NCBI GenBank assembly: GCA_964480955.1
Contig: CAYZRW010000001.1
Location: 49,650 to 113,649, forward strand
DNA length: 64,000 nt
Source: an uncultured Candidatus Bathyarchaeia archaeon
GTDB taxonomy: Archaea > Thermoproteota > Bathyarchaeia > 40CM-2-53-6 > RBG-13-38-9
Direction of reading: 5' to 3'
In this document: in pieces, positions 59,833-64,000 of the stretch
Layout: every line of letters begins with the position of its first letter
Position numbering within the stretch: the first letter of the stretch is position 1
Notes under the pieces: model-generated
Told to the model about the DNA's origin: nothing
Seen by the model: only the letters and a program-made list of their open reading frames with translations
Databases searched by the model: none
Program-made: the position numbers and the translations under genes

Positions 59833-60525
59833 ATGCTGATTCTGTGGATACTGACATTCAGTGTTCTAGGCAGCGTCGGAGCTATTATTGCGGCCGCTGC
59901 TTTTCTTCTGCTTGAGACTAAAGTGCAGAAAACTTTAATTTCTTGCTTAATCTCCTATGCTACGGGAACGCTCCTAACTGTGGCCTTGCTAGGACTAATA
60001 TCCCAGTCTTTGCAGCATATAGCTCCAGTTCCGACCCTATTCACCGTATTGGTCGGAATTATCCTCTTCTTCTCCCTTGAGAAACTGTTGATTTGGCGCC
60101 ACTGTCATGACGGCAAGTGTGAGGTCCATGGCGTCGCGGGGCCAATGATCCTCGTTGGAGACGTCTTTCATAATCTTACAGATGGTGTTGTTGTAGCTGC
60201 AAGTTTCCTAGCCTCCGTATCTATTGGCGTAGCTGCAGGCCTTTCAGTAATAGTACACGAAGTCTCTCAAGAAGTAGGTGATTTTGCTACACTTCTATAT
60301 GGAGGCTATTCCCGAAGAAAGGCCCTAACGCTAAACACTCTATCTAGCTTAAGTACAATCCCCGGAGCAATTCTGGCCTACTATGCTCTAGAAGTCATTC
60401 GCTCAGCTACGCCCTATGTTATGGCAATTTCAGCATCAAGCTTCCTTTACATTGCCTGGCCGATCTATCGCCAGAACTTCATCGCGAAGCAAGACCCTGG
60501 CATGCAATTCAGCAATTCCTTCTGA
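59833..60525 (+). CDS. ZIP-family metal (Zn/Fe) transporter, ZupT-like
   Basis: HNLTDGVVVAASF and HEVSQEVGDFATLL are ZIP signature helices IV and V. Confidence 0.7.
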   Translation: MLILWILTFSVLGSVGAIIAAAAFLLLETKVQKTLISCLISYATGTLLTVALLGLISQSLQHIAPVPTLFTVLVGIILFFSLEKLLIWRHCHDGKCEVHGVAGPMILVGDVFHNLTDGVVVAASFLASVSIGVAAGLSVIVHEVSQEVGDFATLLYGGYSRRKALTLNTLSSLSTIPGAILAYYALEVIRSATPYVMAISASSFLYIAWPIYRQNFIAKQDPGMQFSNSF

Positions 60526-60665
60526 TCTTGGAGGAGTTGGAACTGTTGTTCTTTTCCTTCAATTTCATCCATGAGTTGGTCAAAACTCAACTTATGCACT
60601 CTATATTCTCAAAGACGAGACAAGGTATTCTTGACAAATGATGTTGCTTCTAATTGTGTTAGAAA

Positions 60666-61340
60666 TTGGGAACGAGAAATCTAAGTGAGTATGCCAGAAA
60701 GGTTCCAGCCACAATCCAGGTTTTTGATAAGTTTTGCTGCCGTTATGACGCGTGGTTTAGAAAAAACAAATGGGCCTACGCGTCTGAAATCGAGGCGTTG
60801 AGAAGGCTTATCCCGCGTGACGGTTTGGGGCTGGAAGTTGGGGTTGGAACGGGAAGGTTTTCTACCCCATTCGGTGTAGAAGTTGGGTTGGATCCGTCAA
60901 CGAAAATGGCGTCTATGGCAAAGAAGAGAGGAATTAATGTCATTTGTGGTGTGGGCGAGTTTTTACCCTTCAAGGAAGAAACATTCGATTTCGTTCTTAA
61001 CGTTACCACAATATGCTTCGTCCGAAATTCATGGAGGACTTTGGAAGAGACTAGAAGAGTCTTAAGGAAACGAGGGGCTGCAATAATAGGATTCATAGAC
61101 AGAAATAGTCAGCTGGGGAAATCCTGCGAAGCCAAGAAGACGGTAAACGTGTTTTATGGGCTGGCCAGATTTTACTCAGTAGATGATATCAAGAAAATGC
61201 TGGTTGGATTGTCCTTTGTTGATTTTTCGGTGTGTCAGACTTTGTTTCGAGACATAAACCAGATCAACGATCTGGAACCCGTTAAGGAGGGGCATGGCGA
61301 AGGGGGATTCGTCGTTCTTAGGGCCAGAAAAGGTGAATAA
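60666..61340 (+). CDS. class I SAM-dependent methyltransferase
   Basis: LEVGVGTGRF is methyltransferase motif I. Confidence 0.6.
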   Translation: MGTRNLSEYARKVPATIQVFDKFCCRYDAWFRKNKWAYASEIEALRRLIPRDGLGLEVGVGTGRFSTPFGVEVGLDPSTKMASMAKKRGINVICGVGEFLPFKEETFDFVLNVTTICFVRNSWRTLEETRRVLRKRGAAIIGFIDRNSQLGKSCEAKKTVNVFYGLARFYSVDDIKKMLVGLSFVDFSVCQTLFRDINQINDLEPVKEGHGEGGFVVLRARKGE

Positions 61341-61349
61341 CGAGACACG

Positions 61350-62481
61350 CGCGCCAGCCTCTTGCAATATTACTTCGGTCCTGTCAATTTCATGAGTTGG
61401 ACTGGTGACCACATTCTGTGGGTGTAGCCGTGCTTGATCGCTGACAGGGCAGTCGATAACATTGCGATCAAACATAGGTCTACATGGGATAGGACGTTTC
61501 TTAATCCTCGGGTTCTAGGCTGGCACAGTCCGAAGTGAGTCTTCAATCGTGAGACGGTTCTCTTGATGGAGGATCGTTTTCGGTAGAGGCGTCTCAGCTT
61601 GGCAGGTCCATGAGTGTGGAATCTTCTGTCAGCACGTAGAACTCTTTTGCCTTTCATCTGGTTCTTGGGGTAGGGGATGACTGGCTCTACGCCCAGACAC
61701 CTTGCCTTATCCCTGAAGGCTTCGCTGGAGTACTGTGAGTCTGAAACCATACTCTTCCATCCGTGTCTCTTCTTCATCGCCTTATAGAGCAGCGGGGGTG
61801 CAACCTTCTTCTCGTTGACGTTTACCGGCTCCACTGTGACTGCGAGCGGCATCTCGCTGGAGGCATCCACAGCCAGATGGACGCCGTAGCCTAGAACCAC
61901 GTTTCTGCCCTGTTTTCCTAATCTGGCTTCGGAATCACTGTATCCGCGGCTGTTATCGTTTGGGTCTTTCTGGCTGTAAGCCTTGATGAAGGTGGCGTCC
62001 AGCACGAAGGTCGAGTCCAGGATGCCTATGCGGTCAAGCTGCTTGATGAGCCGGTTCATGAGGCGGTGAAATCCTTGAGGGCCTATCTTGCGTCGGAACT
62101 TTAGAAGTATGGATGGGTGATACGGCCTCTCACCCTCCCTGATGATGCATAAGCTTCTCAAAACATCATCAGCCTCAAGAAGCCTGTAGAGTTCCTCGTA
62201 GCTCTCGATCCGCCTTAACCGTTTGATGAGCTCAGCCTTGAACATGCCAAGCAGATCTCTATGAGGTCTGCCAACTTCACTTTCTCTTCCGTAGCTTCTT
62301 GACAGACTCTCCTCTACAGACTTCAAATCCAAAGCCTGAAACATATCATGCAGAGCTTTATACTCACTCGTTCTTTCTCACCAGAAACGGCATGAGTGAG
62401 TGTAAAGCTCATTGATCTTGCGATCAAAAACATGTATGCATTCTCATGCTAGATCCATGAATATTGCAAGAGGCTGGCGCG
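61350..62481. mobile_element. IS element (IS4/IS5-superfamily DDE transposase) with 22-bp perfect terminal inverted repeats
   Basis: cgcgccagcctcttgcaatatt at 61350-61371, and its exact reverse complement at 62460-62481, enclose the transposase gene. Confidence 0.7.
61370..62344 (-). CDS. DDE-type transposase
   Basis: 324 aa. LDATFIKA ... HLAVDASS are DDE-like acidic motifs. It is bounded by the terminal inverted repeats. Confidence 0.65.
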   Translation of the reverse strand: MFQALDLKSVEESLSRSYGRESEVGRPHRDLLGMFKAELIKRLRRIESYEELYRLLEADDVLRSLCIIREGERPYHPSILLKFRRKIGPQGFHRLMNRLIKQLDRIGILDSTFVLDATFIKAYSQKDPNDNSRGYSDSEARLGKQGRNVVLGYGVHLAVDASSEMPLAVTVEPVNVNEKKVAPPLLYKAMKKRHGWKSMVSDSQYSSEAFRDKARCLGVEPVIPYPKNQMKGKRVLRADRRFHTHGPAKLRRLYRKRSSIKRTVSRLKTHFGLCQPRTRGLRNVLSHVDLCLIAMLSTALSAIKHGYTHRMWSPVQLMKLTGPK

Positions 62482-62745
62482 ATATGTTCTGCGACACTAG
62501 GCCACAATAAGAACATTTATGCTAACCCTGCGCGGAGCATGACCGCCATTAACTTTCTCCTTAGAGCATACTCCTCGGCCGACAAATGACTGTCTGAGAT
62601 GCTGTCTCCTCCAAATGGCATGTAGGTTTTCTAGACGTTACTAACCTACACTGAATGGAGCGAATAGACACGTGAGGTTCCACAAATTTAGGGAAGATAT
62701 GTACTCGGTTGGTAACTTCTTCCGTTATTCTGGTCTTCGATTCTT

Positions 62746-64000
62746 CTAAGCAGATTTCATGCTCTGGATGGCACTTTCAGCTGCGTTAACTAACTGATAG
62801 GCTATAGGCGAGGCCGTAAGGGCTGGATGTGTTCCAGTCTGGAACGTTGCTATGTCATCGGCAGTCATCCTCTGATGGATACAGGCACTGATAGCATTGA
62901 TGAGTTCACCGCCACTCATTGCGCCGGTGACTTGCCCCCCTAGAATCACGCCGCTACCTTTTTCGAATATCAATGTAACCTTTAGATGGTCTGCGCCAGG
63001 CATACTGCCAGGGTGTCGATTGATAGAGTCAGACTCACCCACGACTATGGCGTATCCCTTCTGTTTTGCCTCTGATCTGGTAAGCCCAGCTGCAGCGAAG
63101 GAGGATCCTCCCAAGATCGTCGAGTATACTCCTATGACGCCCATGTTGACGCGATGTGTTGAGAACAAGTTTGCTCCAGCGATCCGAGCTTCCATGGCGG
63201 AGATGGAAGCAAGCTTCAGGTATGTAGGTTTTCCATCGAAGTAGGATACTTTCTCGGCGCAGTCGCCACATGCAAAAACATTGTCATCACTAGTCTGCAT
63301 ATATCGATTAACTTGAATGCCTTTGGTCGGTCCTAGCTCAAGGCCTGCCTTTTTGGCTAGCTCCACATTAGCAGATGCCCCGATGCCTATTATTGCCATG
63401 TCAGCCTTGATCTCTTTGCCGCTTGCAAGCTTCACTTTCTCCAATTTCTTGTCGCCCAAGAAAGCTTCCACCTTCTCGTCTGTGAGGAGACTGATCTTCT
63501 CTTCCTTCAAGACCTTCTCTGCTTTGATGCAGAATTCCTCATCGTAGACCAGTTGGAGGCAATGTCTAAGCATCTCCACGATTGCAATGTTGAGGTCCTT
63601 TCGCCTCTTTCTACATTCTTCAGCAATCTCGCATCCGATGAAGCCGCATCCCACGATCACCAAGTCCGATGCTTTGTCCATCGCATCGAGGACTTCGTCA
63701 AGGTACGGAACATCCTTCCTTACCGCAAAGATGTTCACTTTTTCCACACCTGGTATGGGAGGAACTATTGGTGTAGAGCCGGCCGCAAGTACAACTTTCT
63801 GATAACTTATCTTCTCTCCACTAGAAATCATGATGGTACGGTCTTCCCTGTTTATGTCAGTAACCTCGCCTATCAGGAGATCGATTCCATTCTTGGTAAG
63901 AGTCTCGTCGGGAATGATGTTTTTTGCTGTACCCTCTAGTGTTCCAAAGACGTATGGAATGCCGCATGGAATCAATACTTTCGATTCCTTCCGGACTAGT
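62746..64000 (-). CDS. FAD-dependent pyridine nucleotide-disulfide oxidoreductase (NADH oxidase / CoA-disulfide reductase family); N-terminus beyond the window end
   Basis: CGIPYV (redox-active Cys region), a second Rossmann motif VIVGCGFIGCE, a C-terminal dimerisation domain. The frame stays open upstream of the TTG at 63975 to the window edge. Confidence 0.65.
   Translation of the reverse strand, partial: LVRKESKVLIPCGIPYVFGTLEGTAKNIIPDETLTKNGIDLLIGEVTDINREDRTIMISSGEKISYQKVVLAAGSTPIVPPIPGVEKVNIFAVRKDVPYLDEVLDAMDKASDLVIVGCGFIGCEIAEECRKRRKDLNIAIVEMLRHCLQLVYDEEFCIKAEKVLKEEKISLLTDEKVEAFLGDKKLEKVKLASGKEIKADMAIIGIGASANVELAKKAGLELGPTKGIQVNRYMQTSDDNVFACGDCAEKVSYFDGKPTYLKLASISAMEARIAGANLFSTHRVNMGVIGVYSTILGGSSFAAAGLTRSEAKQKGYAIVVGESDSINRHPGSMPGADHLKVTLIFEKGSGVILGGQVTGAMSGGELINAISACIHQRMTADDIATFQTGTHPALTASPIAYQLVNAAESAIQSMKSA

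Noticed and set aside
1-64000. CRISPR arrays
   Set aside because: No regularly spaced direct repeats with unique spacers were seen. The only repeat arrays are the octamer iterons at 15862-15943 and the AACGTT palindromes, and neither has CRISPR geometry.

Overview
This looks like an archaeal chromosomal segment, about 50% GC, with dense coding, 4-nt gene overlaps and leaderless-type promoters. Because the tRNA carries multiple introns, the source is possibly a TACK/Bathyarchaeia-like lineage; that is inference.

Gene content, left to right:
- gatE (cut by the window start), gatD and elp3, then a DUF763 protein.
- An unusual co-directional cluster: four tandem, divergent paralogous small winged-helix proteins, then nurA-like nuclease, herA-like ATPase, then a PyrK/FNR-like flavoprotein.
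- A tRNA-Gly(UCC) gene whose textbook cloverleaf is recovered only after removing two introns: a non-canonical 43-nt intron in the D-loop and a canonical 22-nt intron at 37/38.
- An ~11.7 kb lower-GC integrated element inserted at the 3' end of that tRNA and bounded by a ~19-21 bp direct repeat of the tRNA 3' end. It carries an intact tyrosine integrase, an SF3-helicase-like P-loop protein, at least four ribbon-helix-helix proteins, an HNH nuclease, Zn-ribbon membrane proteins, wHTH regulators, an internal iteron-like octamer array and a MITE-like palindromic insert.
- Housekeeping and accessory genes to the right: a ClC channel with four CBS domains, lipoate-protein ligase, two ABC-2 exporters, a P-type ATPase, TrkA pair, an ATP-grasp enzyme, a GpgS/MpgS-like plus HAD plus GT4 plus GT2 compatible-solute/glycosylation cluster, an NhaP antiporter, a PAC2-like protein, a nitroreductase, an ICMT-like methyltransferase, a UPF0175/DUF3368 toxin-antitoxin-like pair, Mrp/ApbC, a cupin, a metal-homeostasis neighbourhood, a UlaG-like lactonase, a C39-like peptidase, a SAM methyltransferase, one IS element with 22-bp perfect terminal inverted repeats, and an NADH oxidase/CoA-disulfide reductase-like gene cut by the window end.

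Two conserved genes carry single in-frame stop codons: a transglutaminase-like gene (TAA) and a peroxiredoxin (TAG). One ORF is a Usp-glycosyltransferase chimera. No CRISPR array is present.
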